The notes beneath the pieces are model-generated. The model made no database searches, had not been told where the DNA came from, and saw nothing but the letters and a program-made list of their open reading frames with translations. The position numbers were made by a program, and so were the translations under genes. Positions 9,133 to 20,956 of a stretch of 64,000 nucleotides of DNA are shown one piece after another (positions within the stretch are counted from its first letter, which is position 1; each line of letters begins with the position of its first letter). Origin of the DNA: Candidatus Bathyarchaeota archaeon (lineage in GTDB: Archaea; Thermoproteota; Bathyarchaeia; Bathyarchaeales; Bathycorpusculaceae); NCBI GenBank assembly GCA_963832745.1, contig CAWHVC010000005.1, forward strand, positions 512,001 through 576,000. The letters run 5' to 3'.

Positions 9133-10122
9133 TTAGTTTGTTGGCATAAACTGCTTGTAGACTGGGTGCCCCTTGAAACGTAGGGTTGTCTCAGACTTTT
9201 CGATGGTTCCGCTTGGCAAACGCATACAAATCGAGCATACGGTTGCACCGTCAGGGTTTAAACGTACGCCATCAAGAAGTTCACCTTTGGTTACACCTGA
9301 AGCAACAAAAACCAGTTCGTTGCCTTTTGCAAGTTCGTCCTCGTTGTAAGTTTTTTCAAAATCTACACCTGACTGTTTTAGGCGTTCCATGCGGGCATCA
9401 TCATGGTTTGGATTCCAAACTTTAACAAGCATTGTTCCACCAAGACATTTTACTGCTGTCGCCGCGATTGTTGCTTCTGGTCCAGCTCCAGCCCCGATAA
9501 GCAAATCAAAACCTGAATCCGGAGTTGCCGCAACTACTGCACCAGCGATATCTCCATCTGGGATAAGAATGATTCTTACGCCCATCTGCCTAAGCGCTTT
9601 TAAAATGTCATTGTGCCGGTCACGGTCCAACATGATTACGGTAAACTTTTCTATTGCAATGTTTTTTGCTTTGGCGATTGTGCGGACGATTTCTTCTGTG
9701 GTCATATTCATGGATAGCAAGCCTTTACTATGGTAATCAGTTGCAAGTTTGAAGTAGTAACCATCATCAGGTAACACTTGGAAGCAGCCTTTGGGTGCAC
9801 AGGCAAGTGCGGATATGGCGTCTTTTCTGCCTTTGCTAGCGGCTGTGGTTCCGTCAACTGGGTCAACAACGAATTCGAGCGCTGGGCCATTGCCAGTGCC
9901 GACTTTTTCTCGGCGTTCAAACGCGGGGGCATGGTCTTTTGGGCCTTCACAGCAAATGACTTCGCCTTCAATGTCACTTTGATTGAGGACTGCTCTTGAG
10001 AATTCAACGGCTTTTGCGTCAATTAAATCGCAGTCGCCTTGGCCAACGTGATAGGCTGCGCCTACAGCGCCTGCAACTGTAATTCTGGTTAAGGAGGGTG
10101 CTAAAGCTCTTAATGAAACCAT
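9133..10122 (-). CDS. glpX: Fructose-1,6-bisphosphatase class II
   Basis: 'VDPVDGTT', 'DRDRH', 'DGDIAG', 'GAGPE', 'ASGVTKGELLDGV'. Confidence 0.9.
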   Translation of the reverse strand: MVSLRALAPSLTRITVAGAVGAAYHVGQGDCDLIDAKAVEFSRAVLNQSDIEGEVICCEGPKDHAPAFERREKVGTGNGPALEFVVDPVDGTTAASKGRKDAISALACAPKGCFQVLPDDGYYFKLATDYHSKGLLSMNMTTEEIVRTIAKAKNIAIEKFTVIMLDRDRHNDILKALRQMGVRIILIPDGDIAGAVVAATPDSGFDLLIGAGAGPEATIAATAVKCLGGTMLVKVWNPNHDDARMERLKQSGVDFEKTYNEDELAKGNELVFVASGVTKGELLDGVRLNPDGATVCSICMRLPSGTIEKSETTLRFKGHPVYKQFMPTN

Positions 10123-10281
10123 ACAATTTTTCTCCTATAAGACAAATAAGCCTTAATGCCCCAGTCTTGGTATTTATGGGTTTGCGCAAAAAACGGGGCT
10201 TGCCTAACAGGGTTACCTAAGAAAATATGAAGGTTAATACCTAAAAACATTTTATGCCGTTGAAGGATAAGGAAAAATTGT

Positions 10282-10509
10282 TTAAATTAGAGCATAATCG
10301 GCAGATTTTACTTTACCCTTATTGTCCACCTGCACAGTAAATCTTTCAGACCAATTGTGCCCTTCAAGGTTAATCGGGGTAATGCCGCGTACAATATAGC
10401 CGTCGCTTCTTTCTTCAACAATGGCGACGTCAATCCGGTCGGCTTTCTTTTGTTTTTTTAAGTACTTGACTACGACTTGTCCAGCTGATTCTTTTGATAC
10501 CTGTGGCAA
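10282..10509 (-). CDS. Small hypothetical protein
   Basis: 75 aa ORF with SD-like ggag upstream and plausible composition. Confidence 0.7.
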   Translation of the reverse strand: MPQVSKESAGQVVVKYLKKQKKADRIDVAIVEERSDGYIVRGITPINLEGHNWSERFTVQVDNKGKVKSADYALI

Positions 10510-10633
10510 CCTAAATTTTCTCCTTTAGTCTATTTTAGGATGGTTTTGTTTTAAGCACTTATGAAGCCAAAATACGTAGCACTACTACACATTCATGTAA
10601 AAAAAGACTAAATGCCCAAACACAATAGTTTCT

Positions 10634-11716
10634 TTGAGTCAGATGCCTGATAAAAAACGCGTCATCTTCCATTTAGACATGGACCACTTCTACACAGCCA
10701 TAGAGGAACGGGAACGCCCCGAAATCAAAGGCAACCCCGTAGTTGTTGGCTCCGACCCTAAAGAGGGAAAAGGCAGAGGCGTTGTCAGCACCAGCAATTA
10801 TGAAGCCCGAAAACTTGGTATCCGCTCAGGCATACCAATTAGCCACGCTTGGAAACTCTGCCCAACCGCCGTGTACCTTCCACCAAATTTTCCATTATAC
10901 ATCAAGGTTTCAGACGAAATCATGCAAATTGCCCGCAAATACACAGGCAAGTTTGAACAATGGGGCATTGACGAAGCCTTTTTGGATGTAAGCAGCAAAG
11001 CCCAAACACCAGTTGAAGCCGAACCGTTAGCCAGACAGATTAAACAGGAAATAAAAGACAAAACACGTTTAACCTGCTCGATTGGTGTTGGTCCAAACAA
11101 ACTTATCGCTAAAGTTGCCAGCGACTATCAAAAGCCCGACGGCCTAACTATTGTCGAGGAAAGCGAAGCTGAAGCGTTCTTGGCGCCCCTACCGGTACGT
11201 AAGCTACTGTGGGTTGGCAGAAAAACTGAAACTAAACTCAAAGAACTCGGCATCAACACAATTGAGGAACTAGCAAGTTTTGACCCAACTGTTTTGTCGG
11301 CGCATTTCGGCGTTATGGGCATGCAGATGCATCTAAATGCAAAAGGCATCGACAAAAGCGAAGTTGAGGGCAGAAACGGCGTTAAAAGTGTAAGCCACGA
11401 AACTACATTTGAAGAAGATACTGCAGATGGCGAGTTGGTTTTAAACGCGTTGCTTGGACTTTGCGTAGAAGTACAAAAAGAAGTTGAAGCACAGCATTTG
11501 CTTTTTAAAACGGTAACCCTAAAGATACGCTATGAAAATTTTGAAACACACACCAGAAGCAAAACTTTGCCTTTTCTAACATGCCGTCTCCATGACATAG
11601 AAAAAACTGCCAAAGAAATGTTTTTGACGAATCTTCAGGTTAACCGTAAAGTGCGACTTGTTGGCGTTAGGGTTTCGAGTTTGGTTTCTTCTGAGAAGCA
11701 GAAAACATTGCTTTAA
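10634..11716 (+). CDS. dinB: DNA polymerase IV (Y family, DinB/Dbh)
   Basis: 'HLDMDHFY', 'NYEARKLG', 'IDEAFLD', 'KPDG', little-finger 'RLVGVRVS'. Confidence 0.95.
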   Translation: MSQMPDKKRVIFHLDMDHFYTAIEERERPEIKGNPVVVGSDPKEGKGRGVVSTSNYEARKLGIRSGIPISHAWKLCPTAVYLPPNFPLYIKVSDEIMQIARKYTGKFEQWGIDEAFLDVSSKAQTPVEAEPLARQIKQEIKDKTRLTCSIGVGPNKLIAKVASDYQKPDGLTIVEESEAEAFLAPLPVRKLLWVGRKTETKLKELGINTIEELASFDPTVLSAHFGVMGMQMHLNAKGIDKSEVEGRNGVKSVSHETTFEEDTADGELVLNALLGLCVEVQKEVEAQHLLFKTVTLKIRYENFETHTRSKTLPFLTCRLHDIEKTAKEMFLTNLQVNRKVRLVGVRVSSLVSSEKQKTLL

Positions 11717-12261
11717 GGTTCAATTTTTTCTGGAATAAATTGTTTGCCAAATTCCTCAACGCTTGCAACTTCACTTATCAGTTTTCGTGAACGAACTAAA
11801 TGTGTTAGTTTACTTGTTAAATCAAACTTTTCCAATGGATACCCGACAGTTACCATCAGCAATATCTCAAAATCCTCAGGCACCTTTAGCAGTTCAGCTA
11901 CTTCTTTCTCGTTAAAGCTTCCCACGCAGCATGTGCCTAATCCTTCAGCAACAGCAGCCAAAAGCATGTTCTCAACTGCTAAAGCCGTATCAATAGCATA
12001 CCAATCTGCAGAGGTTTTCTTGTTTCCACAAGCAACAATAACCAAGGGCGCTTGAGCAACAAATTTGGCGTACATACCTTTTGAAAGGATTTTACGTTTC
12101 TCTGAATTCGTGATGACGATGAAGTGCCAAGGCTCCACGTTTCTTGCAGACGGCGCAAGCCTTGCCGCCTCTAAAATGCGTTCCAGCTTCTCCTGTGGAA
12201 CAGGCTTGTCTTGATAGGAACGTATTGAACGTCGAGCTTGAACTGCATCAAAAACATTCAT
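11713..12261 (-). CDS. Nitroreductase family protein
   Basis: 'RRSIRSY', 'APSARNVEPW', 'GLGTC'; start re-placed at ATG 12261. Confidence 0.92.
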   Translation of the reverse strand: MNVFDAVQARRSIRSYQDKPVPQEKLERILEAARLAPSARNVEPWHFIVITNSEKRKILSKGMYAKFVAQAPLVIVACGNKKTSADWYAIDTALAVENMLLAAVAEGLGTCCVGSFNEKEVAELLKVPEDFEILLMVTVGYPLEKFDLTSKLTHLVRSRKLISEVASVEEFGKQFIPEKIEP

Positions 12262-12432
12262 ACAGGTCACCAAAGAAAATAGGCAACTAAGCTTAATAGA
12301 TTTTACATAAACAAGCCAACATAATATAAAGTGATTAATTGAGAAAGTTAAAAAAACCAAATATTTAATTAAATTAAAAGAAATTTGAAACTCAAGTTTT
12401 AGCTATTTCTTGCATGCTCTTTCTTGTGTTAA

Positions 12433-12490
12433 GAATTGGGCTTTGACGTATACCTGAGTTTCTAATGTTCTCCTTGCTCCTCCAATCAAG
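12433..12490 (-). other. 3' arm of the 16S pre-rRNA processing stem
   Basis: gaattgggctttgacgtata (12433-12452) is the exact reverse complement of 14129-14148. Confidence 0.85.
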
Positions 12491-12514
12491 CATTTTCATG
12501 CGAGATATTTACTT

Positions 12515-14004
<1,490 letters not shown>

Positions 14005-14099
14005 TGTGACACTCCAGTTTGTTCTGTCGGAACAAATTATGTTTTTTGTGTGGTACGAATTTATTGACACATCTTCTCTCTCGCACTATTATTACTTAA

Positions 14100-14148
14100 C
14101 TGGATTTGGAGGAAGAAACATTCCACTCTATACGTCAAAGCCCAATTC
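14100..14148 (-). other. 5' arm of the 16S pre-rRNA processing stem (bulge-helix-loop)
   Basis: 20 bp perfect helix, 3-nt bulge, 4-bp GAGU/ACUC helix, internal loop, then further pairing with the trailer. Confidence 0.85.
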
Positions 14149-14324
14149 AGACCTAACTGAGCAATTAGTCAGGTCCACATTTCATTTTCATACTTGTCCC
14201 CGCAACTGGAGGCCAACTCCGTCATTCCTGCAAGGCAATCGCCGTTTCGGTAGGGGTTGAGCCGCCGCCATATGTTTTAATTGCGGGGCGCAATTATAGC
14301 TGAATTCTATCAGAAGCCACAATA

Positions 14325-14345
14325 TTGAATATAAAGGTTGCGCTT
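14325..14345 (-). promoter_or_regulatory. Putative rRNA promoter (BRE/TATA)
   Basis: Minus strand reads gcaacctttatat upstream of the structured 16S leader. Confidence 0.55.
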
Positions 14346-14771
14346 CGTTGATGATAAATGCTGTCAATTACACCTTTTTTGATGGAAACCATCGCCAAAG
14401 TTCAGCTGTAACTGCAGACAACAAAGTATATGCATTTACTGTCTTAAAAACATTAAATTTTACTTATATAATCATAGTTTAACACTAACACACCCCAAAT
14501 GACTGAATATGCAAACTATTTTCAACCAGTTTTTTAGCACGTAAAAGTTATGCGGCGAACAACTCTATCTGGGCGCGCCCGCAATTATCAAAAGTCCATG
14601 GATTTCACGAAAAAGCGCGGGGGCGAAAACTTTGCAATAAAACCATGAAAAAATAGTGCACACCACAAGTTTTTTGCGGCGGGACAATTTTCAACATGTT
14701 TTTGGCCTGTTTTCCAGCCAATAGCAAACTATCCACCTAAAAATGCAATAACCTAAAAATGCGGTAAAGGA

Positions 14772-15107
14772 TTAGCGGTTTTGCCATTTTCTGATATAAG
14801 CGTTAACGGTGTCGAGCAACTCTTGTCGCAACTGTTCATCAGATATTTGCTCTTCGCTTATGCGATCAATTTGTTTGGGCAAGTCTTTGTTACAGAATTC
14901 GTTTTGGATCCATTTTTGGAAGTCTTTTCTTTGCATGTGAAAATCAATTGAATTTTGGTCTATGGTTCTTAATTTTTCGGTGAATTCGTGAATGCTGGTT
15001 GCGGTTATGCCTGTGTAGTTGCCGCCTTCAAGGCAGAAATGGAAACCTTCCTCAAAAGGCAGTGTGCCAAGAATGTCGCAGTTGCTATTTAACTGGTTTT
15101 GAGCCAT
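14772..15107 (-). CDS. DUF5752-like protein
   Basis: 'GFHF...YTGITATSIHEFTEKL..IDQNSIDFH..RKDFQKWI' pattern. Confidence 0.75.
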   Translation of the reverse strand: MAQNQLNSNCDILGTLPFEEGFHFCLEGGNYTGITATSIHEFTEKLRTIDQNSIDFHMQRKDFQKWIQNEFCNKDLPKQIDRISEEQISDEQLRQELLDTVNAYIRKWQNR

Positions 15108-15172
15108 AAAAAACACCTAACATTATCGTTACAAGCTGATTTAGTTATAAGTTTGTGGTTGAAGTTGAACAA

Positions 15173-15415
15173 CTACACTGGTTTGTATATTACATGAAAG
15201 TCTTTTTCTTCATGTACTAACAAACGGTGTTTTTTAGCAATCTTGATAATACAGGTATTTTCAGTCCCATCTAAAGTTTTTTGGACATGAATCTGGCAGC
15301 CCTCAGAGAGAACACTATCGGCATCTGGAGGCATCAGTTTAATAGATTTGCCTTCAAGAGTATTGCAGGCTACAAGAATTTCTTTAAGGATTTCAACTGC
15401 TTCAGTTCTCATCAT
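15173..15415 (-). CDS. Hypothetical protein
   Basis: Likely start ATG 15415 after ggtgtgag; 'MRTEAVEILKEIL...VIYKP'. Confidence 0.65.
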   Translation of the reverse strand: MMRTEAVEILKEILVACNTLEGKSIKLMPPDADSVLSEGCQIHVQKTLDGTENTCIIKIAKKHRLLVHEEKDFHVIYKPV

Positions 15416-15611
15416 TACGACGCTCACACCAAAAAAGAGTCGATAATACAAAATATTGCAGACAAAGGATATTTTTAAATTTTCTCCCAAATGAAAAGTA
15501 CCCTCAAATTGTAGGTACAATTCATATCAGCAATTGTTGTATCATTATTGTTACAACACAGTTTTTTATCTTACCATGGCTTTTTAACCCTAAAAAACAG
15601 GAGCGGATTGC

Positions 15612-15737
15612 ATGCCTATCTGCCCAACATGCGGAAAAACGCTAACTACCCCAAACAAAAAAATCCAAAATACCTACTTCACTATCGAAACGTATACGTG
15701 CGATTGCTGTGGTACAAACTTTAAAGAAACGCGTTAA
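15612..15737 (+). CDS. Zn-ribbon microprotein (41 aa), below ORF-track cutoff
   Basis: MPICPTCGK...YTCDCCGTNFKETR; two CxxCG motifs; SD ggag upstream. Confidence 0.7.
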   Translation: MPICPTCGKTLTTPNKKIQNTYFTIETYTCDCCGTNFKETR

Positions 15738-16567
15738 TTTTTAAGCGTTTTAAGCATACTCCCTGACTTGTAACCCTGCAAGTCCAAAGTAACATATTTG
15801 AAGCCTAATTTTGAGAGCGCCTCTGCAATTTGACTCCAAACCGCCAAATCGCAAAGAACCGCAAACTCTGCTTTTGGGACCTCAATTCTTGCCAACCCAT
15901 CATGGTCTCGCACTCTAACCTGACTTACGCCCAAAATAGTCTTAACGGCCTGTTCAGCCTGTTCAATTCGAGATAGTTTTTCTTGGGTGATTTTTTGATT
16001 AAACGGAATTCTTGATGCGAGACAAGCAAGCGCGGGTTTGTCATAGATACTAAGACCCAATTGTTTAGCTATTTGGCGAATTTCGTCTTTGCTAAACTTG
16101 TTTGTTACCCATGGACTGTAAACGCCAGCATTTTCTTGCACGGCTTTGTAGCCTGGACGGTGGTCGCTTAAGTCTGAATAGTTTGTTCCTTCAAAAACTG
16201 CTTTAAATCCCAATTGGTGAGCGTACTGTTTTAAGCTTGCGAGCAACTCTTTTTTGCAGTAATAGCACCTGTTTTCAGGGTTTGAATAAAAATCGGGGTT
16301 AGACAATTCGTTGGTTTGTATTATGCAGAGTTTAATACCTATTTCAGCAGCGACTTTTTTTGCGTCCACCAACTCTTCAGACGTATAAGTTGGGGATTGT
16401 GCAATCACGGCAACTACTTTTTCGCCCAAAACCGCGTGACTCAGGGCCGCTAAGGTGGAGCTGTCTACGCCTCCAGAAAAAGCAATAACCACTCCGTCCT
16501 TGCCAACTTTAGCAATATAGCATTTGAGTTGGTCAAGCTTTTGATTTAACGTTTCCATCCTACTCAC
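15734..16567 (-). CDS. larE: ATP-dependent sulfur transferase LarE
   Basis: PP-loop SGGVDS, 'NRCYYCK', 'RPG', 'ACLASRIP', 'RVRDH'. Confidence 0.93.
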   Translation of the reverse strand: MSRMETLNQKLDQLKCYIAKVGKDGVVIAFSGGVDSSTLAALSHAVLGEKVVAVIAQSPTYTSEELVDAKKVAAEIGIKLCIIQTNELSNPDFYSNPENRCYYCKKELLASLKQYAHQLGFKAVFEGTNYSDLSDHRPGYKAVQENAGVYSPWVTNKFSKDEIRQIAKQLGLSIYDKPALACLASRIPFNQKITQEKLSRIEQAEQAVKTILGVSQVRVRDHDGLARIEVPKAEFAVLCDLAVWSQIAEALSKLGFKYVTLDLQGYKSGSMLKTLKN

Positions 16568-17816
16568 GCGTCTGGAGCATAGTTTCTCGAGCTTTCGAGA
16601 CGGCTAATTCGGAAAGTTCTCGCAGAGGCAAACCTGTTTTTTCAGCTAAAAGTTTTAGGTCTTCAAACTCTGGCTTTAAACGAACTATTTTGCCTTGACT
16701 ATTTTTAGAAATCTTAATTTTCACGGTTTCCTTTTGCCCGCCAATAGTTAATTCAACAGATGAAACATCTCTCGCAGCCACGTGCCTTTGGCAGTAGTAT
16801 ACTCGTACGCCTAAAGTGCCTGTTTCATCAATCAACACGTTAGAGAGGTGTTGAGCATCTTTTTGGTCTGCTATAACCTTGATTATTTGTGCTGGACGAT
16901 TCTTTTTAGTAAAAACAGGCACCACGCTCACGTCTTTGGCACCCTCCGAAAACAGGCGGTCCACAGCGTAACCAACTATTTCGCCGGATACATCATCAAT
17001 GTTTGTTTCTAAAACTGCAATCTGGTCACTTAGCAAAGGATTTTCAAAAGGTTTCCCCATTGTTATCCGCAAAATGTTAGGCATTTCAGCAAATTCTTTG
17101 TCGCCTGCCCCATAACCCACATTTACTGGAGCAAATTCGGGGTAAAAACGAGTGGCTTCTGAAACCAAATTTACAAGTATTGCAGCGCCTGTTGGGGTTG
17201 CAAGTTCAGATTCTACGGGTCCACCTTTTATGGGAAAATTTTTTGACTGGAAGATGGTTAACGCTGCAGGTGAGGGACTGGAGGTTATGCCGTGTGAAAA
17301 CTTGAAAGTTCCACCTCCAACCGACACTGGGGTTGCATAGATTTTAGCATCAAAGAAACCAAGGTCTTCCATCGCCACTGCTGAACCGATTATTTCAGCT
17401 GCAGTATCTACTAAGCCGACTTCATGCAGGTGGACGTCATGTAAATGGCCTCCATGTAGGCTTGCTTCAGCGTTTACAAGTGAATGAATTACGTCTGAGG
17501 CGAACTGTTTTGCTTTCTGGGAAAGGTTGAGGTGTTCGGCAGTTTTTTCTACGATTTCGATTAAGTGTTTGCCGTCTTTGTGGGTTTTTCCATCAGCGGT
17601 AACTGAGGCTTTGGTTGCCCGAAAACCTTTGGATACGACATGTTTTATGTCGACTTTGACGTTTGAGTAGCCATATTCTGCGGATTCGAGGCTCTTAATT
17701 GCAGAGGTGACTTTTTCTTGGTTTGCACCTAAATCCAGAAGTGCACCTAAAATCATGTCTCCGGCGACTCCGGCTATTTGGCAATCAATAATTATTATGG
17801 AAGAAAATTCAGTCAC
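16560..17816 (-). CDS. larC: Nickel-pincer cofactor nickel insertase LarC
   Basis: 'GVAGDMILGALLDLG', 'HLHEVG', 'ELATPTGAA', 'ETNIDD', 'ETGTLGVR', 'PEFED'. Confidence 0.94.
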   Translation of the reverse strand: MTEFSSIIIIDCQIAGVAGDMILGALLDLGANQEKVTSAIKSLESAEYGYSNVKVDIKHVVSKGFRATKASVTADGKTHKDGKHLIEIVEKTAEHLNLSQKAKQFASDVIHSLVNAEASLHGGHLHDVHLHEVGLVDTAAEIIGSAVAMEDLGFFDAKIYATPVSVGGGTFKFSHGITSSPSPAALTIFQSKNFPIKGGPVESELATPTGAAILVNLVSEATRFYPEFAPVNVGYGAGDKEFAEMPNILRITMGKPFENPLLSDQIAVLETNIDDVSGEIVGYAVDRLFSEGAKDVSVVPVFTKKNRPAQIIKVIADQKDAQHLSNVLIDETGTLGVRVYYCQRHVAARDVSSVELTIGGQKETVKIKISKNSQGKIVRLKPEFEDLKLLAEKTGLPLRELSELAVSKARETMLQTRE

Positions 17817-17899
17817 AGATTAATTCCACCTGATACAATTTAAAAAAAGGCAAAAACGATATATTGATTGTGGTTCTTGAGCCAATAGGAAAGATCTGC

Positions 17900-18682
17900 A
17901 TGTTTACGCTCAAGGAAATTTTAGAAAAAACCGCTTGCTGCGAGTTGACTGTTGAGGAAGCAGAAAAACTGGTGCGACTGCAAGCAATTGCTGAACTTGA
18001 GGGCATAGCAAAGATTGATTGTAACCGGGAACACCGCAAGGGCGTGCCTGAGGTTATTTTGGCTGAAAACAAGTCAGTTAAAGATACTGTAGATATTTCC
18101 TTAAAAATGCTTGAGCAAAACGGCAGGGTAATAATAAGTCGATGTTCACCCCAGCATATTGAAGCCTTAAACGCAGCCGTTCCATCAGGTGCAGTTTGTC
18201 AAGTTAACGAGAAAGCACGCATAATTGTTATAAAAAAGAAAAACTATACGGTCGCAAGTACTGGCGGCAAGATTGGATTGATAACCGCTGGCACATCAGA
18301 CATTCCTGTCGCCGAAGAAGCAAAAATCATCGCTGAAGAAATGGGCTGCACCGTTTACTCGGGGTATGATTTGGGTGTGGCGGGGATTCACAGGTTGCTT
18401 GAGCCGCTTAAAGATTTAATCGTTAAAGATGTTGATGTCATTGTTGTAGTTGCGGGCAGGGAGGGGGCTTTGTCTTCGGTTGTGGCTGGGATGGTTAATG
18501 TGCCTGTGATTGCGGTGCCTACTTCTAACAGTTACGGTTTTGGCGAAAAAGGCGTTGGTACGCTTATGGCAATGTTACAGTCTTGCTCGCTGGGATTGGC
18601 GGTTGTGAATATTGATTCGGGTGTTGCTGCGGGCGCTGTGGCGACTTTGATTGCTAATCGGGCGGCTAAATTTAGAAAATAA
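17900..18682 (+). CDS. larB: Nickel-pincer cofactor carboxylase/hydrolase LarB
   Basis: 'AGTSDIPVAEEA', 'DLGVAGIHRL', 'AGREGAL', 'PTSNSYG', 'VVNIDSG'. Confidence 0.94.
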   Translation: MFTLKEILEKTACCELTVEEAEKLVRLQAIAELEGIAKIDCNREHRKGVPEVILAENKSVKDTVDISLKMLEQNGRVIISRCSPQHIEALNAAVPSGAVCQVNEKARIIVIKKKNYTVASTGGKIGLITAGTSDIPVAEEAKIIAEEMGCTVYSGYDLGVAGIHRLLEPLKDLIVKDVDVIVVVAGREGALSSVVAGMVNVPVIAVPTSNSYGFGEKGVGTLMAMLQSCSLGLAVVNIDSGVAAGAVATLIANRAAKFRK

Positions 18683-18683
18683 G

Positions 18684-18923
18684 CTAAAGGGTGGTTTGCA
18701 TTAGTAGGTTCATGCGGTTTTTTAGCAGTGCTACTAGTTTTTTTGTGTCATCTATGTAGGCGAGGGTGAGTTTTAGGGTGTTTTGGTCTGTTTTGCAGGT
18801 TGCATGGTTGAATTTTGCGTTTGCTGTTAGGATTGCGATTTCGTCGTCGATTCCTTGGAATATTCGGGTGAATTGCCGGTATTTGAGTTGGTTTTTTGTT
18901 AGTTGCGTGTTTTTGTTTTCCAT
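18684..18923 (-). CDS. Small hypothetical helical protein
   Basis: ORF divergent from the ECF operon; no recognised motif. Confidence 0.4.
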   Translation of the reverse strand: MENKNTQLTKNQLKYRQFTRIFQGIDDEIAILTANAKFNHATCKTDQNTLKLTLAYIDDTKKLVALLKNRMNLLMQTTL

Positions 18924-18934
18924 AAACAACACCA

Positions 18935-19114
18935 AGTAACACTAATCCATAAAATAGTAACACTAACTAATTAACGTTACACCTACAACAAACAAACCAC
19001 CAACCCCCCCCCCTTTTGAAACATCGATTTTTTAGTTTAAACATGAAGACCTCTTAATTTTTAACAAAAAGTTTTTAACTACAATAATACTTTTTTTAAT
19101 AAACGTAACACTAA
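18935..19114. promoter_or_regulatory. Putative NikR-type operator half-sites
   Basis: GTAACAC at 18936, 18957 and 19105, ATAATAC at 19084 (two pairs, each 21 bp apart), GTTAC at 18976, all upstream of a Ni/Co ECF operon. Confidence 0.5.
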
Positions 19115-19132
19115 GGAGAGTGAAAAGAACCA

Positions 19133-19837
19133 ATGCATATACCCGACGGTTACCTAACACCTGAAATAATAGTCCCAACATTCATAATAGCAGTCATCTT
19201 CTTAATCATCTCACTCAAAAAAATCAAACTATCCGAACAACAAGTCCCAATGATGGGTCTACTAACCGCACTCTTCTTCGCCGCAATGATGATGAACTAT
19301 CCAGTCGTCGGCGGAACAACAGCACACCTACTCGGAGGCGCCGCAATAGGCCTCATACTCGGACCCTTCGCAGGCTGCATCTCAATCACAGTAATACTTG
19401 TTCTCCAAGCATTCCTCTTCGGAGACGGCGGCCTAACCACTTTAGGCGCAAACATGGTAAACATGGCAATAATAGGCGTCTTTGTACCCTGCGCAATCTT
19501 TCTCGTAATGAACAAGGTCTTGAAAATTAAATCAAAAACAACGCTTTTCGCTGCCGTATTTGTTTCGGCATTCTTCGGTGACTTGCTTGCAGCAGTCGCA
19601 GCCGGCACAGAACTGGGATTATCTCAAAACATCATTACATACGGGTTAAGCATAACTGTACCCGCCATGGCATTAAACCACTCAATAATCGGCGTTGCTG
19701 AAGCCGTAGTAACAGTAATTCTAATCGCTACACTGCTCAAGCTGCGTCCAGACGTGTTAGCGAAAAGCCCAATCATAGGCAAAGTTGGTTTATTCAAAAA
19801 ACAGAAACAGGAGGAAATAACAAGTCATGACAATTAA
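19133..19837 (+). CDS. cbiM: Ni/Co ECF transporter substrate component (CbiM/NikM)
   Basis: N-terminal MHIPDGYL, 'GTTAHLLG', 'GDGGLTTLGAN'. Confidence 0.95.
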   Translation: MHIPDGYLTPEIIVPTFIIAVIFLIISLKKIKLSEQQVPMMGLLTALFFAAMMMNYPVVGGTTAHLLGGAAIGLILGPFAGCISITVILVLQAFLFGDGGLTTLGANMVNMAIIGVFVPCAIFLVMNKVLKIKSKTTLFAAVFVSAFFGDLLAAVAAGTELGLSQNIITYGLSITVPAMALNHSIIGVAEAVVTVILIATLLKLRPDVLAKSPIIGKVGLFKKQKQEEITSHDN

Positions 19838-20117
19838 ACACCAAAAAACCCTCATCATCGGCATATCAATTGCGCTAGTTTGCGTGGTACTGGGTGTCTT
19901 CTGTTTTTCATACTCAATGGAAACTCTTGACGCTAAAGCTGAACAGCTTGGAGCACAGGAACAGCCGATTTATGAACCACCATTTCCAGACTACAACATC
20001 GCCGGTTTAGACAGTACATGGAGCGCCTTGATTATTGGCCTAGCAAGCACTTTGCTACTATTTGTTGCAGGATTTGTTGTTGCCAAATTGTTAAGAAAGA
20101 AAGGTGAGAAAACATGA
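19827..20117 (+). CDS. ECF accessory component (NikN/PDGLE-like)
   Basis: Two TMs flanking 'PPFPDYNIAG'. Confidence 0.8.
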   Translation: MTIKHQKTLIIGISIALVCVVLGVFCFSYSMETLDAKAEQLGAQEQPIYEPPFPDYNIAGLDSTWSALIIGLASTLLLFVAGFVVAKLLRKKGEKT

Positions 20118-20935
20118 AAGTTCCGCAGTCACTTAGAGATTTAATTGAGGCAAGCGAATCCATAGTTTATATTGAGGATCTAAGCGAAAAGCGTGGATTA
20201 CTGCAGGCAGTTAATCCGCTAGTTAAACTGGCCGCTGTAGTTTTCATGATTTCAGCATCCCTGTTTATCACTAATCTTTCCATTTTAGCAGTGCTTTGCT
20301 TTATTCCAATCTTTCTTGCAGTTGCGTCACGTTTACCCATGAAGGATTTTCTGTCAAGAACAGCAATTATCCCACTGTTTTCAGCAGTAATAGCCATACC
20401 TTTCCTGTTCATGACACCCGGAACCAACATTGCAGCTTCCAGTCTGGGTGGTTTTAATTTGGCAATAACAGCTGAAGGAGTAACACGGTTTTTAGTGTTC
20501 TCTGTCCGCGTGTGGTTCTGTGTAGCATCGCTAATAACGCTGGTACTCTCTACAGGGTTTGATAAGCTTCTTAAACTGCTTTCATCCATCAGAGTTCCAA
20601 ACGTTATGATACAACTCTTCAGCTTAACATACCGGTACTTCTTCGTGTCAATACATGAAGCCCAAAGCGTATTAATCGGAAAAGAAGCAAGAACCTATAA
20701 CCACAAAAAAACCTTCAACCTGCAGTCCCTAAAAGATTTAGGACACATCCTAAGCGCCTTATTCATCCGCACCTATGAACGCAGCGAACGCGTCTATTTA
20801 GCAATGAAAGCAAGAGGCTTTGATATCGAGAACGAATCAAAAATGAAGCTGCCAGCCTTCCAAGCGGTTGACGCAGTTTTTGCAACATCAATAATAACAG
20901 CGTTTACGTTAGTTGCGTTAGTATTGATTTACTAA
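20114..20935 (+). CDS. cbiQ: ECF transmembrane T component (CbiQ/NikQ)
   Basis: 'TYRY', 'RSERVYLAMKARGF'. Confidence 0.92.
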   Translation: MKVPQSLRDLIEASESIVYIEDLSEKRGLLQAVNPLVKLAAVVFMISASLFITNLSILAVLCFIPIFLAVASRLPMKDFLSRTAIIPLFSAVIAIPFLFMTPGTNIAASSLGGFNLAITAEGVTRFLVFSVRVWFCVASLITLVLSTGFDKLLKLLSSIRVPNVMIQLFSLTYRYFFVSIHEAQSVLIGKEARTYNHKKTFNLQSLKDLGHILSALFIRTYERSERVYLAMKARGFDIENESKMKLPAFQAVDAVFATSIITAFTLVALVLIY

Positions 20936-20956
20936 GAAGCTTGAGAAGGCCAAGTC

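Noticed and set aside
14278-14762. Short inverted match (taattgcgggg/cccgcaatta) and acctaaaaatgc direct repeat upstream of the rRNA gene
   Set aside because: Too short and isolated to support a function
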